A DNA stretch of 64,000 nt from Lepidodermella squamata (lineage: Eukaryota; Animalia; Gastrotricha). Below are positions 38,403 through 54,488 of the stretch, piece by piece (the stretch's first letter is position 1; each line of letters starts with the position of its first letter). A model generated the notes under the pieces. The model saw only the letters and a program-made list of their open reading frames with translations, did no database searches and was not told the origin of the DNA. Position numbers and translations under genes: made by a program. The DNA lies in assembly GCA_047495785.1 (NCBI GenBank), contig JBLDXI010000038.1, forward strand, positions 434,001-498,000. The letters run 5' to 3'.

Positions 38403-39728
38403 ATGGAGCCGCTCTTCAACGAAATCGCTAAAAGAATTAGTGCCTGCTCGTCTTTGAAATTTCCTCTGACTTCAAATAGAGTGCTGCATTTGGTTAAAAC
38501 CAACTATATCTCGAGCTCAGAGGCTTTGAATTACTTCAAATCTACCCGCCCTATTGTGCATGTAAAAGCTTATGAACTCATCAAAGAATTCATCGATGTA
38601 AAAAGAAAATACGGTTCTTTGGTCGAAAAACACTTCTACCAATCCGTTACCCCAGAATTCATGGTTAGTCGTTTGTTTCATAAGCGACCCGTAGCTTTTG
38701 TTGGTGCTGAAGATAGCTACGTGCTGCGTGATGGATCCATTGGGCATGGTGGTTTTGAGAAAATAGGAACGGATGCAGAGAAGTCACCTTTGATTCTCAG
38801 CGATTATCTTTCTTACGACGAGGTGAAGTTGTCAGCTTTGATTGGGCTCTCATCGCCATCTTGTTTCATCAATGATGGAGATCGTAATAATCTAGGTAAA
38901 CCCGCACCGCCTGGTTCATTTGAAAGATACGGTTTCATTTTGGGAATGGTTGGATGCCGATTTGAGAAACCTTTTGTGATGGAATACTATGATTTAGTGG
39001 CAGCTCCTGATCAAAACTCTTCAGCAGAAGGATTCGGGGACGAGGCATCCGCCGTCGCTCCTGGAGCTTCAAGGCAGTCTATCGAACTAAATAAAGTATT
39101 TGCGCGGTTTTACGGCGTGCCAAGTCTAGCGACGTTTTCAGAAGCAAAATGCAGCTCGAACTACATTTCTTGTCCAAATGGGCTGTATTTAAATAGAACC
39201 GGATACCTAAATCGAATGCGTGTTACCGCTGAAACAATTCTTCTTGAGGCAAATTCTCGAGCGAATATCGTGGGACGCAAAGCTTACGTGTACGTTGTTG
39301 GATTGGGACTCGGAGTATGGTCATTGCCGGGATTTAAAACGCAGCTGCAGCAACTTTTTATCGATGCCTTTGGTTCTGCAATTGAGGAATTGAGATTATC
39401 GAACGTTGGCGTGGTAGCGTTTGCCTGGATATCCGGCGATGTATCGAAAATAAAGCCGCGAAATCCGGAGATGAGAGTCGAATTCACCAAAAAAAATCCA
39501 CAAGCTAAGCTTGACGAGATTGACAAAGACAAGTTACTAGTTGTTACGTATGCTTGGGATGGAAACTCTTTTCCAGGAAATGAGTACTGGTATGGCTCAT
39601 TGAATGGTTCGGGTGACCCTGCTGCCGCGTCGTGCTCTTTAATTAGCGAATTGCAAAATCCGCTGATTAACCCTTACATTTCCGGAACTAACGTCAAAAT
39701 TTTGAGCCCTGAACAAGATGACATTTGA
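38403..39728 (+). CDS. Intronless DUF4804 / MavL-like macrodomain-type protein, 441 aa
   Basis: Motifs KRPVAF, YLSYDEVKLSAL, FINDGDRNNLG, VGLGLGVW and YAWDGNSFPGNEYWYGSLNGSGDPAAA...ELQNP match my recollection of DUF4804. Confidence 0.82.
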   Translation: MEPLFNEIAKRISACSSLKFPLTSNRVLHLVKTNYISSSEALNYFKSTRPIVHVKAYELIKEFIDVKRKYGSLVEKHFYQSVTPEFMVSRLFHKRPVAFVGAEDSYVLRDGSIGHGGFEKIGTDAEKSPLILSDYLSYDEVKLSALIGLSSPSCFINDGDRNNLGKPAPPGSFERYGFILGMVGCRFEKPFVMEYYDLVAAPDQNSSAEGFGDEASAVAPGASRQSIELNKVFARFYGVPSLATFSEAKCSSNYISCPNGLYLNRTGYLNRMRVTAETILLEANSRANIVGRKAYVYVVGLGLGVWSLPGFKTQLQQLFIDAFGSAIEELRLSNVGVVAFAWISGDVSKIKPRNPEMRVEFTKKNPQAKLDEIDKDKLLVVTYAWDGNSFPGNEYWYGSLNGSGDPAAASCSLISELQNPLINPYISGTNVKILSPEQDDI

Positions 39729-39831
39729 AACTGTGATTGATTGATATGTACCTACACTTCTATTTATTTAAAGTAATCGATTTTTCATAATTACTTGAAT
39801 TGAATTTGTCTTATGTGCATAGAGTTTTAAA

Positions 39832-43286
<3,455 letters not shown>

Positions 43287-44308
43287 CAAAACATTACAAC
43301 ACATCTTCTCCCTCTGAGTGCTCTTCTCGTTATTTTTTGCTTCCTTTCTTCCAAGTGCTGCTTAAAACCTGAACTCAATTCATCAAATCACGGGTATATG
43401 TTGTCGGCTGCGTGGTTTTTTTTACATACAAAGACTTTGCTTTTAGCCTCACGTCGGAAATGCTTTTTCGGGCGATGATGATGAATATGATGATAAATTG
43501 ATTTTAACTCAAATTTATTCAATTATTATAATATAAAATACTTGTTTTATATATTACGTTGTGTCAATGTTTGTCCCTAACTCCCCGTGCAACTACAAAT
43601 AAAGCGAGTCCATCATTCTGAAAACGGTATAAAATGTAATGTGGTCGTAAATGAAACGATATAAGAGTAATGTAAAAAAAGCTGTAATCGGTTGTGCGTC
43701 TTTGACTTTTTGCGAAGTTCGAAAAGCATCTGTGATTGAGTTTGGCAGATGATCGCCCGTTTTGCTGTTCACCTTTTTCATCGAAATTTCGATCTTTTGA
43801 TACATATTTCCAGCCTCTTTATATACTTTCAATCTCTCGCTAACTCTCCGTATGTGCACTTGATGAGATTCATCAGGGAATTGCAATTATTATTATACAA
43901 ATTAACGAGCAATTATGCGAGTTCGTTGCACTTGCTTCTTTACGAATAAACTATGCGCGATTAGTTACACTGTTCAGCTGCGGGCAATTCATCCTCGGAT
44001 CTGCTCTTTCCCTGAAATATATCAGAAAAAATAAACGATGCGAGTTTTCGACTACAACGATGATTTTGATTTTTTTCACTTGTTCTAACTAAGCTCACAA
44101 TTTATTTGCGAAAAAGGGTTTCAATATGGCGAATAATCGCGTGAGAGGTTTAATGAGGTGAACAGGAGAGTTGCTCGAATATTTTACAAGAGGCCGCTAG
44201 AGTTCCAGCACGCAATCAATGCGTGGCGCCTCTGAGTTATTAAAATAAATGTATATAGCTTTTGAGCTCAGAATTGGACGAAAGTGACGACATTGGTTGA
44301 CAAACAGC

Positions 44309-45641
44309 TCAATTCCGCTTTTCGTTCGATGCCGACCGCTTCTTACGTTTACCGGCCGTGGGACACGATGACGTAGCAGGGTCGTAGGGTCCAACACCCG
44401 CGCAGCAGCGCAAGTTATTGCCAGAATTTAGCACAGGAGGGTAGTTTTCGCAGCAGATGTATCCGGATTGACAGCTACCGCTCGGCCCATTCATAGCTTG
44501 AGCATGGCTGTTACTTGTTCCGGACGGCGCTATTGGCGGGCGGCAAATATCCGTGCGTACGTCATACAGATCCTGCCCGCAGCACCCGTATGACATCCGC
44601 TCGGTCGATGGGATCCAATGCTGCACACCATCGCACACCAAAAGCACTTGCACCTCCTGAGGCGTGGCACTTGTGGTGGTGGTAGATGGTCGAGCAGGTG
44701 AAACAGCGCCATTGATGCATGATTCACGAGGCCAGAAGTAGGGATCGTTAGCTGGTTCAAGATGAAAAAAATAGGCTATATTAACCGATTGAACGAATTC
44801 AAAGTCGATAACTCACAACAACAAGCGTAGAACTGATAATCGTACGCCGGAATTAGGAAACGATGGCCCTGACAAATGAGCAATCTGGTTGGAACTTCAG
44901 TTGTTGTGGTCGTCGTAGGCGGTGGAGCAGTTCGAGCTTCGATCAGGCCATCTTCCGAGCACGTTTCTTTAGCAACGTTGTAAACTGAGGGCCCGCAGCA
45001 CTGATAGTTAGGGTAAGGAACTTCCCAACGAATGCCTTCGCAAACCAGCGTAACCTTCTGAACATAGATTGGTGGCGGGGCTGGAGCCGGTGGTGGCTCG
45101 GCCGGTACGAGATCAACAACCTGGTTCGTTTAAAGAAAAAGATATATCCAATGTTTCTTTCAAAGCGTGTAACTTACAGCGCCATCGGAGCAAAACTGAG
45201 CAGAGGGCATGTAAGCTTGAGCACCACAGCAAGACATTGAATTGTGCGGGTCGTAATGTTTAATACCATCGCAGCACGTGTAACCCCGGGGACACGGTGG
45301 CATCAACGGACTAATAAACCAGTTAATTGTGTTATCAATCCTCAGAAATAAAAGATAATGAGTAGTTTTACCTAGGAGGTTGAACCAGCCGAATCGAGTC
45401 ATAAGCGTTCGCGTACATCGGTGGTGCGGGTGGAGGCATTTCGACATATTGCGGCTGTGCCTGCTGGTGCATGACAACTTGTTGAGGTGCATAGTATGCC
45501 TGCTGAGGGTAATAGCCGCCGTAACCTTGCCCAAAAGTTGGCTCTACTGCTGAACACATAAAAAAATGGGTCAATACGAAGAAGGCAGTTGGTTTCGACT
45601 GTTTTACCTAACGCCAGTAGAATTCCGATGATCCGCTCCAT
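44309..45641 (-). CDS. Secreted galaxin-like Cys-rich repeat protein, paralogue A, 5 exons
   Basis: Signal peptide MERIIGILLAL..., Y/P/Q-rich N-terminus, five C...CC(G)..Y.....C modules with P/T linkers, basic tail KRKKR. Confidence 0.8.
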
Positions 45642-46694
45642 TTTAGATCGGCAGCGGATTGATAACCTTCACAGTCTTTAAAACCAGTGAAGGCAGCTTT
45701 CAATTTCGGAGTAAATTTTCTAAATCAGCAAAATTAACGATGAATTGTAATTGTAATTCTACAAGGAATAAAGTACACCCGGAATGAATTTTTCCTTTTG
45801 AACCAGTTACGCATTATTTACGTGTTGTCTGCTCATCGGACGTTCTGCGAGACTTGCAAACGCTTCTTGTCGACTTGGCGCGGGTCTTCGGCGCCAGGAA
45901 CAGGTACAGCTGTTACTTTTACGCAAAAGTGAAGAAAGCGAGAGCAGCGTGACGGCCTCCAGCTATTCACTTGGCGTCGCAGCGGCGCCGCAGGTTCCGC
46001 TGTGGCGAAGCGTGGCCATTGTCGACTGCGATGCCTACGACGCGCTTTGTTGAGACATCGACTAGCTGTATGTGAAGCTGTTCATAAAGCTTTCGTCGCA
46101 GTAGTTTTTTTCACAGTCCTCATGTGAAAATGACAAAGAAAACAGGCGTCAACATCAAAGTAAATAATGTTCCAAAATTTAAAGCATCGAGAAATTTCTC
46201 TATCTTAAAATCAAATCCCATGTTTTGTTCTTTCAAATGTGATCATCTATCAGGGTTAAATCACAATGGGAAAGACAGCAATATGAGCGAAATGTGCAGG
46301 GTCCCTGTGTTCTGCTTCTCCGATTAAATCATGGCATTCCAAGATCATCCGGAATCTATCAATGAGATGAAGAGTTTTTTCGGGTTCTATGCCAGGAAAG
46401 ATTTGCTTCGACCTACTAAGAGACATCCTGTAAGAAGGGCGGCGCCAGAAACTGGAAAACGTCATTCAGAATACATGAAATATTTGAATAAATAACTGGA
46501 AACAATCAATACCTATATCAATAACTCTATTTTATCGAATTGGCTTTTGATGTTAGGTATTTAGTTACAAAGACACGTGAACACCTTCATTTATATTTAT
46601 TTATTTTTGAAATTCGGAGCAACAAGTAAGCGGCAGAAAGTCATCGGATTCACTTTTCACCGCTATTGAGTACAAAAAGTTGGGATTAAGGAAT

Positions 46695-48909
46695 TCATCG
46701 CCGCCTACGGCGCTTGGCCGATGATGTCGGGCACACGGAGGTTTTCGGATCGTAGGGCCCTATTCCAGGGCAACATTTCAGTTGGGTTGTCGTGTTCAAT
46801 ACTGGCGGATAGTCCTCGCAGCAGATATAGCCGTTAGGGCAATTTGTTGGTGAGCCCCCAATTACTGACGACGATGAATTGTTTCCGCTGGGGGCGATTG
46901 GCGGCCGACAAACATCACTTCGCAGATCATACAGATCCTGTCCGCAGCAACCTACCACGAGAATGAATTGATATATAGATCACTGATAAAAAAGACAATT
47001 ATTTTCGAAATACCAAACATCATTCGCTGAGTCGATGGAATCCAATGCTGAACTCCGTCGCAGACCAACAGCACTTGAACTTGTTGGGGAGTCGCACTTG
47101 TCGTCGTAGTGATCGGGCGCGCAGGCGAAACAGCCCCCTGAACACACGATTCTCGAGGCCAGAAATAGGGATCATTAGCTATTAAATTTGTTGACTACAA
47201 ATTTTCATTCAAGCATTAAAAACCTACAGCAGCATGCGTAGAATTGGAAGTCGTATGCAGGGATGAGGAATCGGTGACCTTGGCAAACCAGTAACCGCGT
47301 TGGAACCTCGGTTGTCGAAGTTGTTGATGGGGGCGGAGCCGTGCGAGCGTCGATTAGGCCGTCACTAGAGCAAGTTTCTTTAGCAACGTTATAAACTGAC
47401 GGCCCGCAGCACTGATAGTTAGGGTAAGGAACTTCCCAACGAATGCCTTCGCAAACCAGAGTAACCTTCTGAACATAGATTGGCGGCGGGGCCGGAGCTG
47501 GTGGAGGACTGGCGGGTACTAAATCGACAACCTAGAAAAATAAAGCTGAAACTTTTTCATCTAATCTAACACATCGGTATAGACAAGCGCATTAAAGGCA
47601 AGCGTAGGTTTTCGGGTTTTAAGCCATATGGTTGTTAGTTCATAACTAGCTGCGCTTTGAGACTTCAAGCTTCAAGACTGACCGCTCCGTCGGAGCAAAA
47701 TTGAGCAGAAGGCATGTAGGCTTGCGGTCCACAGCAAGACATGGTCATGTGGGGATCGTAATGCTTGACCCCTTCGCAGCAAGTGTAGCCAGCCGGGCAA
47801 CGTGGAGCAAGTGGCGAAGGGGCTTCTGCGGCTCGCACTACTGCGTCGAATATCATGTCGCCTCGGTTGTCAGCAGACCTGGGATAATGCATCATCGGCG
47901 CTGATGGAGGCGGCGGCAAATAGTCGACGTATGATGAAGGCGCGTAGAAGCTTGCCGGTGAAGGTGGATAGACGTAAACTGGTTGCTGATAATAGCTCTG
48001 ATACGCCGGAGCATAGAAATACTGTTGTTCATCTTGCATGTCATTGAACGCGTAATATTGAGCTTTTCGTTGTGAAGAAAGAAAAACAGAGAATTATTTG
48101 TCACACACCTTGTTATCTTGAGTGCAGTACTGCTTAGAAGAGGCGTAAGCTTGATTTCCGCAGCACTGTCAAAAAAGCGAATCGTTAAAATGTTAAAGCA
48201 AAGCAATTTAAGAAGCATGTTAAAAGCAAACATGAAGCTGGCGATGTGGGTCGTAATGCTTCAAGTCGGCGCAGCAAATATAGCCTATCGGACAATCCGC
48301 CGTCATTTTCGACGACGCAGCAACTAATCGCACGGATTGTGATTGTATCGGCGCCATGACGGGTGCTTGATGTTGAGGGGCAGCCATCCGCACATGTGCA
48401 CTGGTTGGCTGTACCTTCGCTGGCGCTTGATACGGCTGCTGTTGAATAGGAATGACCTGAGGTTGAATTCCGTAGCCGGCTCCGTCCGAACTACCATCAT
48501 CAACCGAATCGAGCCACATATCCGGAGCCATCATAGGCGAATTTCTTTCGAACATCTTCCATGGACTCGCAATGTTATAGTTTGATTCCGCGTAACTCGG
48601 TGGCTGATGATAGGACCGGCCGAACTGAGAGCTTGGTTCAGCCAAAGGGACGACTTCATACGGTGAAGAGTAAGGTATGGCAACGACGGAATATTGAGAG
48701 TCTTCATTGGCTCCAAATAGGGGATAGTTGGCTTGCAAAAGCAAAAAAGCAGTAATATATAGGTATAGCAAGCGTGAAAGAGCAGTATCGCATTGGTGCT
48801 TTGATGGTAGTTAATGGGTAAAAATTGCAAAGTGAAGCATACCTTTTGAAATTTGCCAGCTGACTGCAGCGAAAATCGAAGAGATTAAAACCAGTTTCCG
48901 AGTTCCCAT
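46695..48909 (-). CDS. Secreted galaxin-like Cys-rich repeat protein, paralogue B, about 7 exons
   Basis: Signal exon MGTRKLVLISSIFAAVSWQISK (ATG 48909); the same five modules as A plus an extra N-terminal Y/P/Q block and module (CPIGYICCADLKHYDPH...CCGNQAY); tail KRRRRR. Confidence 0.8.
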
Positions 48910-51900
48910 TTTTTTTCTCAAAATCAAAGTTACTTGGCGCTAACGTTGGCAGTGGTGTATATTCAAAATTATTATATCCTCAAAGATGAAATCTACACAA
49001 CATCATTGCTGTTTCACTTCCTGCCGGCAGCCACGCGGCCTTTGGTCGGTGCGACGACGCTGTCGCCGGCTGTACATTTCGCGGTCAACTCGACCTCATT
49101 TCAACTGCCCTCAGGTTTTGCTTACCGGTTCGTCAGATTTTGTTCCTTTGTTTTCCGGCCACAAGAGTCACATGGAAGTACACATGCACTACCTGCACAT
49201 GGGCTTAGTTACCTTCAGACTTCAGAAAGAAATTATTATGCTCGCTAATCTTTATTTTACATTATTAATCAACGCGTCTAAACAACTGACTGCAGCCATC
49301 GGGCGCTTCGATCAATTTCAATACCAGGTTAGCTAATGAAGTCAAGGTTTTCATCAGGTATGCGATTTTGACAAAGTAATTGCAGCAAAAGGCACCAAAA
49401 GTGCTGATTTATGCAAAAATGTGTAGTTCTAGGAATACATAACGCATAGCTCATACCTAGGGCGAGATGACCCCAAATGTTTATAAATACCACTGCGGTA
49501 TAATCGGTGCATCAGGCTACGTACCTACTACCTACGTACCACGCTGATGCTGACAGGTAGTTTTCCAACGCCAAAAACGCCAGATTGTGTCGGCATTAAC
49601 CATAGCGATAATGAAATGCCACTGTTGGTAGAATTCGGTATTATTATGGAGCATCATAATACATAAGGTTATTAACGGCCGTCGGATACTCTTTGGGATT
49701 TATTATAACCTCTGTTTTTTTGCTTCGCCATAATATATTATACCTCACCCAATACCACAAATACCATATAACCTTCAGGTATGCAATGTATGCTCTTTAT
49801 GATTCCCGTTTTTTTTCCACGCCAGCATTATAAGCAGAACACGGGCATGTTTTTTGGCTGTTCTACGAATTTATGCATTTTCTGCCAGGTATATGATGAT
49901 CATTCGAAGTGCACCGCCGTACTGAACAAAAGAACGGGCGGTTTTACGTCATTCCTTTCCGCGAAAAAAACACATTGCGCGATCGATCAGCGCTTCGATA
50001 CATTGCTCAACGCCCAAAGGTGCATATTTATACATAATTTGCTAGGTTGTATATACCAACCTATGCATTGTTTGTCGGCCAACCGACGGCGCCGCTTAAT
50101 AGAGGACCGTATAAGCCAGCAAGTGAATCTGACGCTCGCTTATTCACGCCTTGCAGTACCGCCATGTCGACCGGTGTGTTAACCCGCTGCTACGAGATTC
50201 ACGTCGAAATACAACTGAGACGAGTAGACTACAACTCGAAACTGCCCAGGAAATAGGCTTATGACGTTACATTCGATTGATCACGAAATGAAACAATCTT
50301 TGCCTAGCATGTCTCAAAACGAAGGCACTGACCGCAAGAGTTACTGCTTCGTATTACAGTGAATAAGAAATAAAACCACGAGATAAAATGATGAAAATGG
50401 TCATTTGTAGTCGTGCTAGGTACCTACTTGGCATCGAGGAGCGCCACCTCGAATGGGCGGGGGTAGCGCCGCGGTCAGAACCTGCGGACGTGCCCTCCTC
50501 TTTTCGCCAAGTGCCTGGATGGCTCGAACAATAGAGCCGCTGTCTGCTGCCGACGACGACGTTAGGACAAAAGCCGCGGCGGAAAAAACCGTGCGCACCG
50601 AACAAAGCAAAGTATGCCGAGTGTGGAAATATTTATTTACGTACATGACCGGCAGCACATTACATTCTTGCATATGAATAATTATCATTGTCGTCGCGTG
50701 GCTTCAACCACGGCAGCAACCGCCGTAGCTGGGCCATAACACACAGATAAAGATGAATAGCACCATCATGAGTATTACATATAGGCAGGGCGAGCCAACC
50801 CGGAAGATATTTATAATACGTTGTACAAGAGACCGATTCGGTTAGTCGGTCCACGTGTAAAAACGTCAACAGTGAAGCACGGCACGCACATATGACTGGA
50901 GCAAACACACAACAAATCGAGGAGATTTGAGAGAAACAGGCAAGACTGAGTCGAGCTTCGAGGTTAAAACTGGCACAAGGTGTAAAATGAGATAAATATG
51001 ATATAAATGGGATTCGTCATTGCATAACATGATGATTAGGATGAAAAAAATAAAGACCGTCGCAAAAAAAAACAATTCAGCCAAGTATAAAAATCAAAGC
51101 AATTCTTTCGATGAAAAATTCATTTCGCAGCAGTAAATATTTTAAGGGCACCATAACTTCAACTTCGCTTCTTACATTATTGGAAAAATAAAAATCAATT
51201 GTTCATCAGCTATTCAGCAGATTCGACGCTCTCACTATACAACCGGTGATAATTTTGTCTTTAAATAATGATCAAGGAAGGGCCCCGTAGAGATGATGGT
51301 AAAGATAGCACGCAGCGCATCCACCGCATCATTCTTATGTAAGCACAAGGCGCGTATTTCTTATGGTAACACATAACATAACGCCTAATATACAAGCCCG
51401 AATCATTCACGCAAACATTTGCCAGTAAAGACTTGTTTGAGAAGAGGTGTCTGCATTAAACGTAATGCGCTCAAATGATACGCACCAGATTGATGCCGCT
51501 CAGTAAACAGCGCGTCCCACCACGTCGGGGCATCGACATACGAACTAAAATGCGAACAGCAAGCAAACAGCGATTTTCATCTTGCAATGGCCAGGAGGCA
51601 CTCATAAGCTTCAGGAAAGCAAGCTAAAAAGAGCTGCGAGAAATACTATAGACAAGTGAAACAGTCGCGGATGGCCGAATTAGCCAACTTTGCTAAGCAG
51701 ATATACATGTAGATACTTCACATCGTCATGCTGTGATTCTATTAATCAAAAAGCACCAATAACCACTGTCTCTCAAGACCACATAGAAGTCTCGCCACAG
51801 CTTAAATGGAAAACCGCACACGAATGGGTGCAGAATAGGAAGAATTAAAAAATGATAGCAGCAACATTGCAGAAAAGACAAATGATCAAGGTCCTAAGAT

Positions 51901-51923
51901 AATCGTGAATTTCGAAAAGAAGT

Positions 51924-52629
51924 TTACTGGTGGTGCTGCTGCGCGCCAGCGTCACGTTCAGCTGATGGACGATGAGGCGAGTTGAATATGCTAGGAGGCA
52001 ACGCTGCAAATATAGTACAATCGTAATTTGAAGTCTTTAAAAAAATTCGAAAAAATACCTCCGCCAGCCTCTGATTCGCACAACTGCTGCTGGAGAATTT
52101 TGAATGATCGCGACTGCAAATTCGGGTTCGCAAAGCCATGATGGTATACAGGAGATGACTCTTCAACGATTTGGACGCGCTCTTCACGAGGACCGTCGCC
52201 AGGAAGAAATCCCGGTGGAAGATTAGCAAGATCGATAGCACCCCTAAAATTCGCATATAGTTCCAAGTGATATGCAACATTATTTACTCTATTTACTTCT
52301 GAATAACAAAATCAAGATCGTTGCCAGCGCGGATGATCTCCATCTTGGCTTGGGTATGATTCATGTATGCGGCCGAAGTTCCGCAAATTTGCAATACCGC
52401 GTCGCCAGCTCCAAGACCAGATCGACCAGCAATACTTCGTGGGTTGACCTAAATCATGTATATGAATAAAGATGACTGAAATGCGAACCAATTAAACCTT
52501 TTGAATGAATAGCGGTACACCGAACTCAGCACCACCTTGGAGACGGAAGCCCCAATTCGTCGAGGTGTCATTTCGTCTCATTTGAACCAAGACAACATCG
52601 CCTTTTTGAACTTGCTGCGGATGCGCCAT
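51924..52629 (-). CDS. PDZ-domain Zasp/PDLIM-like protein with no LIM domain, 4 exons (alternative 3' exons may extend to 50061)
   Basis: WGFRLQGGAEFGVPLFIQKVNPRSIA...GDAVLQI PDZ domain and the QSRSFKILQ motif of the ALP/Enigma family. Confidence 0.88.
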
Positions 52630-54488
52630 CTTAAATTAAATAACTAAGACCCTATAAAATTAGTATCTCAGTATCTCAGCAATCAGCATATTAGAATAAC
52701 AATTTGAGATATATTGAAAGGTGGCACCATTCCATCAGTGAATCGGTTAAATAACGAAGAAATACACGGACCGTGATTTCAAAAAATTCAAAAAAATAAG
52801 ATAGAATGGAAGATGCTAATGATAATTACAATTTTTAGCGTCGTGATACTGAAATAATAATAATTGAAAACATAGAAAAAACTTACACGAAGATTAATCA
52901 ATACTTCCGAATGCTAAAATGAACACAGTATGGTTGAACGAATCCTTTAACCGCCCGATTGTCAAGAAAAATGAGAAGTCAAGATAATATTTCGATAGCA
53001 GCTTGGTAATACCAAATGCCGAAATTTTCGGCACGTATGAAACAAGGAATATCACTGCTATCTTATTGGCATTCTGCGCAGCATCGTTACTAACACTTTA
53101 AATTAGCTTATTCCTATGGAATTTATCAACAAATAACGATTAAGCGCAATGTCTTCGAAAATGCTTATTATTGAATGCCCAACCATATTTGTATAACGAA
53201 AAACCCCTCTACATCACAACGGAAGATAGAAGGTTAGCAAGCACTATTGGTGCGGGTAAAACTTCACGTTTGATTGACAAGGGCTAGGGTTGCGTTTACG
53301 GTTTTCTGAAAGTTGACCTGTACCAATAATGCAAGAGTATTGATAAGCCCTTGGCCCGAGAATGGAGTCCTAAAGGGCAAAATGATTGGAAAACACCATA
53401 AATTATTGTCTTCAAGCTTTAAGAACAAAAGATATCATAACGGAGAAAGCTGCACGAATGATCTTCCATTCAACATTCAACACGCGCAGTTCGCACTCCC
53501 AGATGAGATCTTGTGGGTCGCATCATCTTAACATACTTACACAATACACAGAAGTCTAATAATGCTCAGTTTAATATCAAATACTGGCCAGCTTGTCTCT
53601 TTAGACATTAGGGCGAAGATAAATGGTAAAGGATAAAATCAACGCGAAAACCCGAAGAGAGTGAGAGAGAAGAACGTTTATGTATGATGTATGACATTAG
53701 CGTTTCATCACCATAAAAGATTGTCAACATTTTTTTTTCCAGAATCCAAGGCTTCGGAAACAAATTATGAAAACTATGAGCTATTGTGAGCTATGCCTAC
53801 TACCGATTTTGCTGGCCGTTGGCCATAACCCATAACCGTTACGAAACTAACCGTAACGAAAACTAACACTCCCGACTAACACTGACCCCAACACTCTCTT
53901 CTAACCTTGCATATTGCCCTCTCTTTCAAATAGTATAAATAAAACCAGAGTCGATCAAATAAACTAAGAAAGTAACATTTCATACCAAATACAAGAAAAG
54001 TAAATTATTAACTGTGAAAAGCAAACAAAGCAACAGCGCGGTATATTGACCGAGGCCGCCGCACAGCTGTGGATTTTGCTAGCTTTAACCGACGCGTGTC
54101 TTTTAGGTGCGGTGACTTATGGCTCATCGCCCTTTGTCTTTGTTCTGAAACCCTGGTTTACTGTATCTTGAAAAACAATATTTCACCGTTATCTTTGTAT
54201 TTAGACATTTCTCTGGGAGGAAGGCGGTGAAATAACGATGCCTTAATAACCGTTATTTCGCGACTTGATCCGAAGCGTAGATCGCCCAAAGTTAGCCGCA
54301 TGCTGCGTGCCATATATTGGGAAATCAAAGGCCAATTGTCATGAACTTGTAAACATAGACTTGCTGTTATCTTTCATGTCTCTCAGCGTTATATTTTGAT
54401 ACCCCTCAAACTGATATGCTCGTTTTTAATTCTTATTTGTGACTGCAATCCTTAATTTTCTATAGATTTTAGACGGAAGGTGCTGAAG

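Noticed and set aside
43593-44015. 97-aa minus-strand ORF and an exon-like piece downstream of HECW
   Set aside because: Non-ATG start, no motif and no consistent splice model.
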